A stretch of 64,000 nt of DNA. It comes from Vicugna vicugna (lineage: Eukaryota). Location of the stretch: positions 5,108,854-5,172,853 of the forward strand of contig MU058213.1 in assembly GCA_013265495.1 (NCBI GenBank), given 5' to 3'. Within the stretch, counting starts at the first letter, position 1. Each line of letters opens with the position of its first letter. Below the pieces are notes generated by a model. That model searched no databases, had not been told where the DNA came from, and worked only from the letters and a program-made list of their open reading frames with translations. Position numbers and translations under genes: made by a program. This document shows positions 1 through 12,169 of this stretch, one piece after another.

Positions 1-968
1 ATGGAGCACCTGTATCAACTATGTCTAACAGTAGGCAGCAGGGCAAAGGACAGACAGAATGTGGTGTCAGGCAGCAAGGACCCAAGGGTCAATGAGGAAG
101 AAGAGACAGATAAAACATCTAGTCCCCAAAGTCCTGCGTAGGGGCTCAAGGCAGCCAGCAGGTTCCTAAGTATAGGGCTTGGACACAGGAGAATCACCTG
201 GCTATTAGGACTTGGAATACAAGAAGTTTAAAGGAGAAGTATCAATGCCACAGTGTAGTGTACCTTTGGAGGCCGGGCCAAAGAATGGGTCCTCATACAA
301 GGCTTGCTAAAGCCCAGGATCCCCAGAGCTGAATACACTATCCAGACCTTATAGACTCTAGAGAGGTTGAAGAAGGGAGAGATACAGGGATGTGTAATTC
401 ATGGACCACGCTTCCCCACTTCTGACTGGATACTCCCATACCCATTGCTAACACCTACTAGATTGTGTGATTTCTGTTGTCGGGAAAATTACGAATCAGT
501 AAGAGCTGTATCCATTCATGCCCAGAGATGTTAGAATAAAGGCTAACTAGTGGTTTTGTTGTTTAGAAATTAATTCCTGAACACTGAGTTCTTTTTTCAT
601 AGATGGGGAGAAGGGAGAAAGAATGGTTAGAAATAGATTCTCCAGACGGCCAGATTTTGTTCTTCTTGCTTTCTGATTGGCCAAGACTAAGTCCCAAGGC
701 TCAGGAAAGCCATCTTGAATTTTTATGCATACATAGTCCAAGGGAGGCAGTGGAGAGGTGAGCTAGGCACTAGGTAAGAAAGCCAGTTTTTGGAAATAGG
801 AGTAAGGGGGTTAGATTCAGCTAGAATCGGCTCCAGTTTGTGGCTCTGCAAGCAGGAGCCCTCACTCTGAAGTGCTGCACGGCTGCCGTCAAAGCGTATA
901 CCATCAAATAAACTGGGTCTGCTGGTCCCTGTGTATAACCCTAATATTAGAAAGCCAGGTCTGTGACA
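1..968 (+). mobile_element. Probable very old LTR remnant(s), family uncertain
   Basis: Two AATAAA signals (~535, ~907) and an LTR-like end ...GGTCTGTGACA; family not recognised. Confidence 0.3.
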
Positions 969-1109
969 TAGTGTGTGTGGATGGGGGGAGGCTAAGTACT
1001 AAGATTTTGAGGGTCAGATTTGAGCTGTACAGATGATAGTTGCATTATTAAAACTTGTGCAAAGAAAACAGGTGTGGGGGCTCCCTGAGGACAGGTCCCT
1101 CATCTGCCT

Positions 1110-1185
1110 TGGTCTCTGCATTTCCACCACCCAGCACACTCCTAGCACACAGCAGGGCTCACCAAATATTTGTTGAGTAAATGAA
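1110..1185 (+). mobile_element. L2 LINE 3' end
   Basis: CCTAGCACACAGCAGGGCTCACCAAATATTTGTTGAGTAAATGAA matches the L2 terminus. Confidence 0.75.
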
Positions 1186-1186
1186 C

Positions 1187-1330
1187 ACAGACCTGCATTT
1201 AAATCGTGGCTCGGTCTAGCTGCATGGCTTTGACAAGTCATTCAATCTCTGAGACAATTTTATTTTTACCATGAAAAAGGAATATTGTATACACAAAGTG
1301 CATAATAGGTGTTCAGTAAGTGGTTGTTGC
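1187..1330 (+). mobile_element. MIR SINE fragment
   Basis: Degenerate MIR core GCTTTGACAAGTCATTCAATCTCTGAG. Confidence 0.6.
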
Positions 1331-1526
1331 TATTGACGATCATGCCCCTGCATCATTTCCAGATTAGAAGCTCCTTGCAGAGGAGAACGTGCCCTATACA
1401 TCTTTTTGGACGATGGATTTGGCATATTGGGTCTCATTTCATAAATGCCCAGCAGGTGCTTCTTTGCTGAGTCGTTTAGTACCTGGTGCTTCCGTGAAGG
1501 GCAGCCCGATGTTCTGTTAACAGCAG

Positions 1527-1745
1527 GCACTCCAGAGTCAGATGCTTATGGCCAGATCCTGGCTCCAGTTATGAAGTATGTGACCTTGGGCAAGTGACAA
1601 CCTTTTTTGCCTCAATTTCCTCATCTAAAAGTAAGAGACAATACAGCACCTTTCCCACGTAGTTATGACAAGGGTTAAATGAGATTATATATGTAACGCA
1701 CTTAGAGCAGTGCCCAATATGGGAAGTACCATTTAAGTATTTCCT
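1527..1745 (+). mobile_element. MIR SINE
   Basis: TGTGACCTTGGGCAAGTGAC...GCCTCAATTTCCTCATCTAAAA...AAATGAGAT...CACTTAGAGCAGTGCC. Confidence 0.9.
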
Positions 1746-1771
1746 AATTCTTAATTTCAATTTGGCTTTTA

Positions 1772-2880
1772 AGCTTTTTATTTTGAAATAAGTTCACTTA
1801 CACCTTTCACTCAGCTTTCTCTAAAATTGATGCCCTCTATAACCACAGCACAATGATGAAAACATGGCAGTTAGTACCATAGTTAATAGTAGTTACTGTT
1901 TAACACAAAACTGTTAAACAATCCTCAGACCTTATTTGAATTTCACCAGTTTTGCCATTATTGTCCTTTCTATTCTGGCCTAAATCCAGGATCTGACACT
2001 ACAATTCATGTCTCCTTAATCTCCAGTTCTTCAGTTCCTCAGTCTTCTGTGTCACTTTGAAGACTACTAGCCAGTAGTCATTTCTTACCGTGTCCTTCAA
2101 TCTGGATGAGTCTTATGATTTCTCAGGATTGAGGCTGAGATTAGGTATATTTGGCAAAAAAAGCACAGACGTGACGTTGGGTTCCTCTGAGTGCATCACT
2201 CCAGGAGATTCAGAAGGTTATGTCTTAACTGGTGAGGTTAACTTTGATCACTTGGTAAAGGTGGTATTCAAAACTTTCTCCACTATAAAGCTACAGCTGT
2301 TCCCTTTATAATTGTCTTACGGGGAGTTAGTTTGAGACTGTGCACATCTCCTGTTTCTTATCAAATTGGAACCCACTAATTTTATCAATTACTGATGGTT
2401 CTCGCCAGTCAGAACTACCACTGTGGTGTTCTCCCAGTGGTGCTGTGGTACTTCCATTATCCTGTCTTTATTTATTCATGGGAATTTTACTGTACAAAGA
2501 GACATTTCTTCTTCCTTGTTTATCAGTTGGATTCATGATTCTATTAGCATTATTATATATTTTATCAGGTGGTCCTAGTTTGGGATATTAGGAGTTCCTT
2601 CAAGCTGACTCCAGTGTTTAGATAGGCAATCTTAATTTTTTTTTTAAGTGTGCCCATCCCTTACCGAAAGATGTTCTAAGCTCATCTTGTGTTTTCCTAC
2701 CCTAGCCCCAGAATCAACCATCTCTCCAAGAAGTCTTGCTTTCTTTTATTAGAGAATGGTATTTAGAAACCAAGATCTGGATGCAGGTGTGCGTGTTGAT
2801 ACTGGGGTGTCTTTACTGCTAGGTGTTCTCAGTGCACAGAGTTATGAAATATGTATACATACTCATACAATTTTCTCTTA
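1772..2880 (-). mobile_element. Old L1 3' UTR (L1MC4/L1MC5-like)
   Basis: TTTATTTTGAAATAA start; GGTGAGGTTAACTTTGATCACTTGG; TATTTAGAAACCAAGATCTGG. Confidence 0.8.
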
Positions 2881-3082
2881 ATTTAGTTTTAACTAGTTAA
2901 AGATACATTTTGTTTTCTTACTTTTGTTTCCTTATTACTTTCCAAAGAGACACAGACCATGGACCGTCAGCTTACTTGTAATTCTACATATTTACTTATT
3001 GCTTCAGTAGGTACCATAATGTAAGACTGCTTTTGGGCTCAACAGAATTAACTATCTTGACTTGAGAAAAAGGAAAATGCTT

Positions 3083-3100
3083 TGCTCCCTCTAGCGGTCA
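3083..3100 (-). promoter_or_regulatory. CTCF core motif
   Basis: Minus strand TGACCGCTAGAGGGAGCA, close to consensus CCASYAGRKGGCRS, in unique sequence with CpG retained. Confidence 0.7.
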
Positions 3101-3309
3101 AACTGAATAACTGTTATTTCATAGCCTTCAGACGAGGGTTGAACCCATGAATGAAAAAATGGAGAGACAAGCAATTTGTTAAGAGACATTGACTAGTTAG
3201 GGGAACGAATTAATCATACAGAATTAGAATGTGACCTACCTTTTCCATGAATGAACCTAAAGGGAGCAACACAGCTAACGCTTGGCTGGGTTTTTGAGAC
3301 CACAATATA

Positions 3310-3545
3310 ATCAGCTTTTTACAAAAGGCATTTGCATAGATCATCTCATTGGACCTCCACAACAATCTTGTGAGACAGGTACGGCAGACATTGGTTCCTC
3401 AGTTGAAAAATGAGGATAATCTCAAAGAGGTTAAGTGGTATGGTTAGGTGATACGAATTGTTTGAGACAGAGCTGGAACTTGGATTGAATTTGAACAGCA
3501 AGGAAGAATTGGTCCATTTTGTCACTGCTAGCACTCTGCTCTTTC
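3310..3545 (-). mobile_element. MIR SINE
   Basis: ATCTCATTGGACCTCCACAACAATCTTGTGAG...AGAGGTTAAGTG...AGAGCTGGAACT. Confidence 0.75.
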
Positions 3546-5234
3546 TGCTAGCAGATTTTAAAATGTTAAATATTTAATTACAATTGAAACAAAATACAAA
3601 AGACACCAGCCCAAAAATATGGCCCCATGATTTAAAGAGGAAAGCAAGGACAGAAGGAAAGAAAAAAAAAGTCCTCCACGTTTTGACTCTTGCAAACATT
3701 TTTAGCAGTTCATAAAAGTGAGAAAAAGACAACCCTAACTATCAGTGAAGTTCTTTATCAAGTTAACACCTAGTTAAAAAAGGTAATGGAAGCTTTATAA
3801 ATACGAAATCCAGACTCTCAATAAACTTCCTACCACCAGATGTGGACTGAGATACGCACCAGTCTGGGAAGCTGGCCACCATAAACCCTCTGAGAGCCAT
3901 TGAGGAGTCATATAACCATCTCGAGCCATGTGATCCCGTCTTTGTACGGTTACCCTTGCTTGGGTGGAAGAGAGATCACCATAAACCCATTCCTAACTAG
4001 AAGGACGCGCTTTCTCATTTTCATCTACACAGATTTGAAAATAGGAAAGAGATTGATCAATGCACTCATTTTTCTGCAATCATCTGTGAGATCAAAATGG
4101 CCTTGGGGATGATGTATGACACACAACGTGAATCCCTAAAAGCTTCTGGTCTCTGAGGGTTATTATGGAGACAACCATGGGAAGTAATAAAGCTGTGTCG
4201 TTTATTTAAAGCAAGAGCCTTCATCTGCCTCTCCCAGTACTCCCCCTCCTTTTTCTATTCCTAAAGTGCTGACTGGACAGTAACAAAGAGAAAGAAGATG
4301 CCAATTTCAAGCTTTCAGGAAGTCCATTTGGTCAGTTCATTCTAGAAAGCTAAAACCTATCAAATATTTCACAAAAGTTGGTGTTCCATTAGCTTCGAAA
4401 CTGATGCCAGACTCAAGCCTTGGGATGTGAAATTTTTACCCAAGTAGCAATGCAGGAATCACAGAAAGGCTCCCCTCCCCATTCACCGGGACTAACAGAA
4501 TTCCAAGGAGAGCTGCATTATTTGGACCCAAGAGAGCTGGCTGTTTGCTTGAAGTTCAGTAGAGCTGTTTATATCTCTGATGTACTGTGAAATGTAATTG
4601 CTAGATCTGGCTTGAAAAATAAAAATGAGCAAAATGTGCTGTGAAAAAGAGAATTCCCAAGTCTAGTTGGGAAAATAAACAAGAAGAAAAAACCCTGTGA
4701 AAGCATATGCATCAGATACTCTGAGGTCAAGGCTGTAAAGGGAACCCACAGGTTCTATAAACCTCTTCTCATTGTTTTTCCCCTTGTCCTCAGCTAGCCA
4801 GTGAGGAGACAAAGAGCAGGCTCATGTCAGCATTGGCTCGTGTCTAGGCATGAGCCGCAGTGCTGTCCTCCCACGCACAGGTGCTGCCACATGACACAGC
4901 CCAAGCAGGACATGCTAGGAAAGGAGCAGGTATGCCCTGTGTTCTGGTCTATCACCATGGGCGCCACCCCAGAGCGACAAGAAGTGGAGGAATCTTCATT
5001 TCCTGCCAGTTCTATGCAGCAAGGCAAAACCATGACAGTCATCCCTGCCTGCCAGTCCCCAGGACAAGCAGGAGAAGGAGGGAGGGTGTCTTTAGTACAC
5101 AGCCATCGGGAGCCTGCTGACCTGTCATGGAGATTTTCTGGGACTAAACCATCTAAAAGCCACCATAAACGGGACGGAGGGAGCTCCCTACAGGAGTGAC
5201 CCACCTTATAAGATACCTGGTGAACATGCTGAGG

Positions 5235-5620
5235 TGCCATACAGCAGTTCAGACCATCACCATGTGGACCCCTTACACCCTCTCCAGCCACCTTGCTCAC
5301 TGCCCCCTCACGGCACCAGTGCTCCAGCCTCACAAGCTCTCTGTTCCCATTAAGTTTTGGGCATGACGTTCCCTCAGCCTACAGGAAGTCTCTGAATCCC
5401 CATGCCCTTCCTCACCCCCTCCTCGCCCAGCAACATGTGCTCTTCCTTCTGTCCTGAGAGCTTACGAAATTGCTACGGTGGTCCATGCTCATGACATCAA
5501 TCCACCAGGCTCCCACCATCCCCAGTGTAAGCCCCTCAAGTCCAGATCATTCATCTTTATCCCGGTGCTAATCTGTTTGGAACTCATATGAATCTGTGCT
5601 GATTGCATGAAGGAATGAGG
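5235..5620 (+). mobile_element. L2 LINE 3' region
   Basis: Pyrimidine-rich L2 body, TGTAAGCCCCTCAAG, degenerate (TGAA)n tail. Confidence 0.6.
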
Positions 5621-5695
5621 AAGCATGAGAATTAATCTTGTTTATCAGGACCCACTCAGGTCTGAAATGCAGCTGAAAGAAATTCTGGTCCAACC

Positions 5696-5815
5696 CAGTG
5701 CTTCCCTAAGTGTGGTCAGTGGAACATAAGTCCCTGGGTGTACTCTGCTCCCCCTCCTCAGAAAAGAAATGTAAAGGGGTATTCCATGGTCAAGTAACTT
5801 TGGGAAACTGCTGCA
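5696..5815. mobile_element. hAT-Charlie MITE remnant (MER5/MER102-like)
   Basis: Termini CAGTGCTTCCCTAAGTGTGGT ... ACTTTGGGAAACTGCTG. Confidence 0.55.
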
Positions 5816-5981
5816 TACTGTGCATTCCTCCTGAAGAATTATGTGCACCAGTTTTATAAAGGATCTTGGAAAAGTTTAGGAACTTTGAAAAAGTTGGTTT
5901 AATCTGCTGTTGAGCAAACTAATTTTTGGTAAACCAGGTCTGGTAATTATGCCCTGTTTTATGAGCCAACCCTGATCTGTT

Positions 5982-6544
5982 TTTTTGTTTGGTTGTTTTT
6001 TGTTTTTAGTTACAGTCGGTTTACAATGCTGTGTCAATTTCTGGCATACAGGACAATTTTTCAGTCATACATGAATATACATATACTCATTTTCATCTTT
6101 TTCCCCATGAGCTACCACAAGATCTTGAATATATTTCCTGTGCTCTACAGTATAATCTTGTTTATCTATTTTATATATACCTGTCAGTATTTACCAATCT
6201 TGAACTCCTAGTCTGTCCCTTCCCACCCACCTCCTCGCTGGCAACCACAAGTTTGTATTCTGTTTGTAAGTCTGTTTGTTTTATATTTAAGTTCATTTGT
6301 CTTTTTTTTTTCATATTCCACATATGAGTGATATCATATGGTATTTTTCTTTCTCTTCTGGCTTACTTCACTTAGAATGACATCCATGTAATCCATGTTG
6401 AATAGCATTATGTTGTCATTTTTATGGCTGAATAGTATTCCATTGTACAAATATACCACAACTTCTTTATCCAGTCATCTGTCGATAGACATTTAGGCTG
6501 TTTCCATGTCTTGGCTATTGTAAACAATGCTTCTGTGAACATTG
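5982..6544 (-). mobile_element. Young 5'-truncated L1 (cetartiodactyl/camelid-type 3' UTR) with 14-bp TSD
   Basis: Poly-T tail then L1 3' UTR (GGCAACCACAAGTTTGT, ATTCCACATATGAGTGATATCATATGG); TSD AACCCTGATCTGTT 5968-5981 / AATCCTGATCTGTT 6545-6558. Confidence 0.9.
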
Positions 6545-6605
6545 AATCCTGATCTGTTGATGGTGGATTGGAAGAAAATTTCAAAGAGAAGAACTTCCAT
6601 TACTG

Positions 6606-6791
6606 CAGTGGTTCTCAAAGTGTGGTCCCCAGACCAGCAGAGGCAGTAGCATCTGGGACCTTTCTAGAAATGCAGTTTTAACACCCCCCGCTTCCTTTCC
6701 TGATACAGCTATTATGAGCACAGGTGTAGCAATCTGTTTGAATAACCCTTCAGCTGATTCTGATGCACACTCCAGGCTGTGAGGACCACTG
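6606..6791 (+). mobile_element. MER5A DNA transposon (hAT-Charlie)
   Basis: TIRs CAGTGGTTCTCA ... TGAGGACCACTG; internal TGATTCTGATGCACAC. Confidence 0.9.
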
Positions 6792-8570
6792 CACTGGAGA
6801 AATACCCCTGGTGCTTGGGGGTCTCCCTTTCTTGTTCAGAGAGGAGAGAGGTTTATCTGAGGGGTGAATTAGGAGAGGAATGACCAACCCCTTCTCAGTT
6901 CTGCTGTCTACGAGGGCGCACTCTGAACTGTCCCACTGGCAGGCTGTAAGCCCAGTGGGCCAGCATTTTGTAAGAGCGCCTGTGGTTTTTCAATGCTGCC
7001 TGTAACTCAATGAGTTAACCGTCTAATCAAGAGACTGAGTAGGGCTTTTCCCCCCACAAATCAGAAGCCTCACCTTCTGGAAAGGCTTCTTTATTGGAAG
7101 ATAGCATTTTTAAATCACTGTTTACCTTCTCTTGTCTTATTTCTTAATTACTTTGCAACTTGAGTGAGGAAAAAGCTTAAAAAAAAAAACAAACCCCCAA
7201 ACAGCACTTCCATGTAGCACAGCACAGAACCAATGTGGCAGTGGCCCTGGACCCGTGCAGTCTGCCAGCCCCATCATTTGTCACCGCAGGAAACCAACTC
7301 TGCTGGCTACTTAGAGTGCCGTGTTGACAAGGTTTCTGAGACCAGGCCTGGGCTCACTGGGAAGAAGTGCTGAGGTCAGGTAACGCAGTTTACACAGGCG
7401 TGGGAGGCAGAGGGGGCACGTGGGTCAGGTGACTGCTATTCCAGGATGGTTACCGCCACAGTTTGACAACCCAGTGAAGAACACGGAGATGGCGCTCTTC
7501 ACCACTCTCGCCCCTCTTCACCAAACCCCCTCTAATACATGACTCACTCTCCCAAGTGGACTAACCTATCTGGAAGGTGCACCCTGAGCGTAGGACCAGT
7601 TACAGGTAACTCACAAGCAAATCGACTGCCCTCTGGGTTTTCCCCCCAAACCTCTGGCGTGTTTAGCTAGTCATGGGTTCGTCTGCTGGAGCCCGGCCAC
7701 CTCCAGCACGCCGAGAAAGCAGTTTACGTGCTGGGAAATTGAACGCAGGTTCTGGCGGCTGTGAGCCTTGCCTGGGGTAGCCAGAGGGCCCCATGGATGT
7801 CTTTCATCACAATGGGTGGCTGGGCCGAAGGGACCTTTTCTCAACTCCTACTTTCCGTTTCAAAAGGCAAAGCATTCAGGCAGAGGAGAATGAAGAGGAG
7901 TTATCTAGGGAATTTGATCCTTGCGGTCACTTTTCAGACAAAATGCTCCATCCACCCTTTACTTCAAGAGCAGGAATTCGGTACCCGTGTCATCTAGATT
8001 ACATTACTTCTCTTAGCATTTGGAAAGCAAGTTGTTTTGTGTCTGTGAGAAGGATTTAATGTATTTACCTTGCTTTTATGCCTGCTTCCTCTGAGTTTCC
8101 AGTACTAGAACCCATGAAGCCCTTGCATGCAGTTCTGTGACAAAGCCCACACAGTTTGTTTTTTGCTGAAAACCTTCCCTGAAATTACTTAGGAGCTGCC
8201 AGTCTTGGAAAGTAGAGCCTTTGAGGTAATTCTGAATGACTCCCCACCCCGCCCCCCAACTAGTTCAAGTAGAAGAAAGCCATGAAGTACGAGCACTGTC
8301 AGTTTTCACATCTAATCTCCTACGCGTCCCTAGAACTAGAGTGCAAGAGAGGACTGCTGCCTGACCGAGTGAGCATTTAGGAGGATTTAGGAAAGCTGTG
8401 AAATTAATGAAGGGATGTCAGAACATTCAAAGTTTTCTCAGATGGTAAGGACGTAGGTCTTTCTTGCCTTTTTCCTCCCCTCCCACTGAGAAAGTGCCCA
8501 TCTTCTGTTAGAAAAGATGCTCAAAATGACATCCTACAAATTTCAACTGACTTCCAAGACAGGACTTTTA

Positions 8571-9144
8571 TCTAACCAGGTTAGCTTTGCCGGATGCTCA
8601 GCAATCGAGCTGCTGAAACACTGAGGTTTGCAGCAAAAAAAAAAAAAAAAAAAAATTTCCCCCAAGACAGCCAAGCAAGGAGACGGGAAGGACACATCTC
8701 ACAACCACCCCTCAGCAGACGAAGGGCTGGGGAGTGTTTACAGGATGAAGCAGCAGCGCGGCGTGAGGCGTGCGGGGCATGGGGAAAGGTGGCTGGGGAA
8801 AGCTGCGGTAACTGTTCTGCGCGGGTGTAACTGAGGTACAGCCTCGCACGTCAAGCGTGTGGCACGCAGCACAACCTGAGGGTGGAGTTCTCTGCCCACT
8901 GACGCCAAAAGGTCCCTGAGCAGACATTTATTTGAACATGCCTAGTTGGAGGGATGGTGGTCCCATCCTGTTTTAACGGGCTCGGCTCAAACTAGACACG
9001 GCTGACTCCAAGTTTCTGGAAAACAACAGGGCTATGTGCCCTTGGAGGACGTGCAAGTCTTTTGAAGCAACAATGAAAACGACCTTGAAGGTGAAGGCAG
9101 GTTACAGGTGAAATGGATTTAACTAATGATTACCCAGGGTTTCA
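8571..9144 (-). mobile_element. ERV1-class solo LTR (laurasiatherian, MER41-like)
   Basis: GCTGAAACACTGAGGTTTGCAGC, CAGCCAAGCAAGGAGACGGGA, TGAGGGTGGAGTT, CTAGACACGGCTGACTCCAAGTT resemble a recalled LTR consensus; ends ...GGGTTTCA. Confidence 0.65.
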
Positions 9145-9154
9145 GGCTCACGTT

Positions 9155-9380
9155 TAATAGCACGGGTGTGGACCCGGATGCCAGCCACTGTTTACTAGTT
9201 GTGTGACTGGGCAAGTCACTTCACCTTCCGGAGCCTCAGTGAGTTTATATATAAAGTCCGGCTCACAAGTACCCAGCTCACAGCCCTGTAGAGGAGAATG
9301 AGATTGTTCACGTCAGGGCCTTAGCAAAGTCATGGGCAGGTGGTGGGTGCTCAGGCAACATTAAGTGCTATTACTGCTAT
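9155..9380 (+). mobile_element. MIR SINE
   Basis: ACTAGTTGTGTGACTGGGCAAGTCACTTCACCTTCCGGAGCCTCAG. Confidence 0.8.
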
Positions 9381-9450
9381 TGGGTGGGGACAACCAGCCC
9401 CTCTGCTGGGGCTGGAAACATTCTAACTGGTTGATAATTGGTTGGCTATT

Positions 9451-12090
9451 CTTTTTATTGAGGTATAACTGACAAATAAAATTGTATATAAAGTGTACGA
9501 TGTGATGCTTTGATATTTGTATGCACTGTGAAATAATTACAAGTTAACACATTCATAACCTCACATAGTTACCTTTTTTTTTTGTTAAGAATGCTTAAGA
9601 TCTACTCTTAGGAAGTAAACAATACAGCATTATTAACTATACTCACCATGCTGTACATTAGATTCTCAGAAATTATTCCCCTTATAACTAAAACTTTGTA
9701 CTGTTTGACCAACATCTCTTTTCTTCCACCCTCCAGCCTCTGGCAACAACCATGAGCTCTTTCTATGAGGTTTTGTTTTGTTTTGTTTTACTTTATTTAT
9801 TACTTTATTACTGTATTTATTTACACTAAATAAAATAACAGAAAATTTATTTGAGGATATAAATATAATTACTGAATCTAGAAAGAAAAGGTATGTGTTT
9901 CTTATCAACTGCATCATTTTTGTAGTTGACAACTTTAAGAAATAGTCCAATATATACCAAGCATTTAGACTTCAGATAAATTTGCTACATTTAAGGAAAA
10001 ATCTCTAGCTATTTCATGAATATTTTAAATCATCAGACATTTTAGAGCACTGTAATAACCAAAAGCAAATCAAAATTATTTTAAGAAAGACAGTGATGCA
10101 AGGGCTTCTATTAATGTGCACAGAGTCACATTCTACTTTGGTAAAAAGGAGACAAATATCCTTGGTAAGAAAACAAATATCATTCTACTTACTTATTTAG
10201 ACTTTTTCATTACTATTAAAATACTAGGCACTGATTGTAGGTGAAATAATTCAAAAGGATGTAGCAAGATAGCACAAGCAAATACACTACAGTTAAGTGA
10301 ACAAATATTTTCTACATCCAATGCAGTTTTTTTGCTTGTGTAACTGCTTACCGATAGGGCAATGCATAAAGGTACTTATTTGGAGAGTTTAGGAAAACAC
10401 CCTACTCGAAGTAAAATAATTTCTTAAGGTGATTTCACCATAAACCTTGTGAAATTATGTTCTATGTAGATGCTGATTTATCCTTAACTTCTTTGAGAAC
10501 TTTCTCTTTCTCTATGAGATCTTTTAAAATTTTATTTTAGATTCCACATGTAAGTCATTCCATACAGTATTAGTATTTCTATGCCTGACTTATGTCACTT
10601 ATCATAATGCCCCCCAGGTTCATCCTATGTTGTCACAACAAGGCAGGATTTCCTTCTTTCTTACGGCTGAAGAATATTCCATTGTGTATGCGTGTGTGTA
10701 CATTTTCTTTATCTATTCATCCCCTGATGGACACTTAGGTTGTTTCCACATCTTGCCTATTATGAATAATGCTGCAATGAACATGGGAGTGTAGATATCT
10801 CTTCAATACACTGATTTTTCCTTCCTTTGGATATATTCACAGAAGTGGCACTGCTGAGCCATAAAGTTGTTCTATTGTTACTTTTCAAGAAACCTCCATA
10901 CTGTTTTCCATAATGGTTGTACCAACTGACATTCCCACCAACAGTGCACAAGGGTTCTCTTTTCTTCACATTCTTGCTGACATTTATCTCTTGTCTTCTT
11001 GATGACAGCCATTCTAATGGGCATGAGGTGCTGTCTTACTGTGGTTTTGATGATTTTAATGATCAAATGATTTTAATCCCTAATGATTAATGACGCTGAG
11101 CTTCTTATCCTGTACCTGTGGCCATTTGTACGTCTCCTTGTATGTCTTCTTTGGAAAAATGTCTATTCAAGTCGTGTGTCCATTTTTTAATTGGATTTTT
11201 TTTTGTTACTGAGTTTTATGAGTTCCTTATGTATTTTGGATATTAACCCCTTATCAGATATGATTTGCAAACATTTTCTCTCATTCTGTTTTGTTAATTG
11301 TTTCCTTTGCTGTGCAAAAGCTTTTTAGTTTTAGTCCCATATGCTTATTTTGCTTTTGTTGCCTTGGCTTTTGGTGTCATATCCAAAAAAATCATCACCA
11401 TGACCAATGTCAAGGTGCTTTTTTCTTATGTCTTCTTCTATAACATACAGTTACGTCTTTAATCCATTTTGAGTTGATTTTTGTGAGTGGTATAAGATAG
11501 GGGGTCTAACTTCATTTTTTGCACATGGATTTCCAGTTTTCCCAACACCATTTATTGAAGAGGCTATCCTTTCCCCATTGTATAGTTCTTGGCACCTTTG
11601 TCAAAAATTAGTTGACTGCATACGTGTGGGTTTATTTCTAGGCTATTTTATTCCCTTGATCTGTGTGTCTATTTTTATGACAGTACCAACAGTGTTTTGA
11701 TTACTATAGCTTTATGATATAGTTTGAAATCAGGAAGTGTGATGCCTCCAGCCTTGTTTTTCTTTCTCAAGATTGCTTTGTCAATTTTACCTTTTAAAAA
11801 AGCCATCTCTTAGCCTTGTTTTCTATTGTCTTTATTGTTTCCATTTCATTCATTTCTGCTCTAGCCTTTATTTCCTTCCCTCTACTAACTTTGGGCCTGG
11901 TTCTTTTTCTTTTAGTTCCTTGAAATGTAAAGTCAGTTTATTTGAAATCTTTTTTTCTTAATGTAGGAGTTAATCACTATAAACTTCCCTCTTTGAACTG
12001 CTTTGTAGTAGGCTGTAAGTTTTTAAACATTCTTTTTTCATTTTCATTAGTTTCCAGATTTTAAAAAATTTACTCTCTAATTTCTTCCCT
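9451..12090 (-). mobile_element. L1MA9-like LINE (3' UTR and ORF2 remnants), interrupted at 9770-10503, with an apparent internal deletion near 11790
   Basis: TTTATTGAGGTATAACTGACAAATAAAATTG 3' end; ORF2 C-terminal remnant ...RTLVHCWWECQLVQPLWKTVWRFL (10878-11066). Confidence 0.9.
9770..10503 (-). pseudogene. Retroposed mRNA 3' fragment (3'-UTR-like) nested in L1; parent gene unknown
   Basis: Degenerate poly(A) tail (GTTTT)n at 9770-9789; AATAAA on minus strand at 9804-9809; TSD CTCTTTCTATGAG 9757-9769 / CTCTTTCTCTATGAG 10504-10518; L1 resumes in register. Confidence 0.7.
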
Positions 12091-12169
12091 TCTGATATTT
12101 TTGTAAGATATAATAAAAATTAATTATGAAAGAAAAAAACCAATAAATGCATACAAAATGCAAGCCTTA

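Noticed and set aside
4801..5333. Overlapping 132/168/86-aa ORFs
   Set aside because: Chance ORFs in moderately GC-rich DNA running into an L2; no homology recognised
9005..9025. STAT/GAS site in the MER41-like LTR
   Set aside because: The sequence is TTTCTGGAA, not TTCNNNGAA
10760..11066. ORFs with L1 ORF2 C-terminal motifs
   Set aside because: Frameshifted L1 remnants, not host genes
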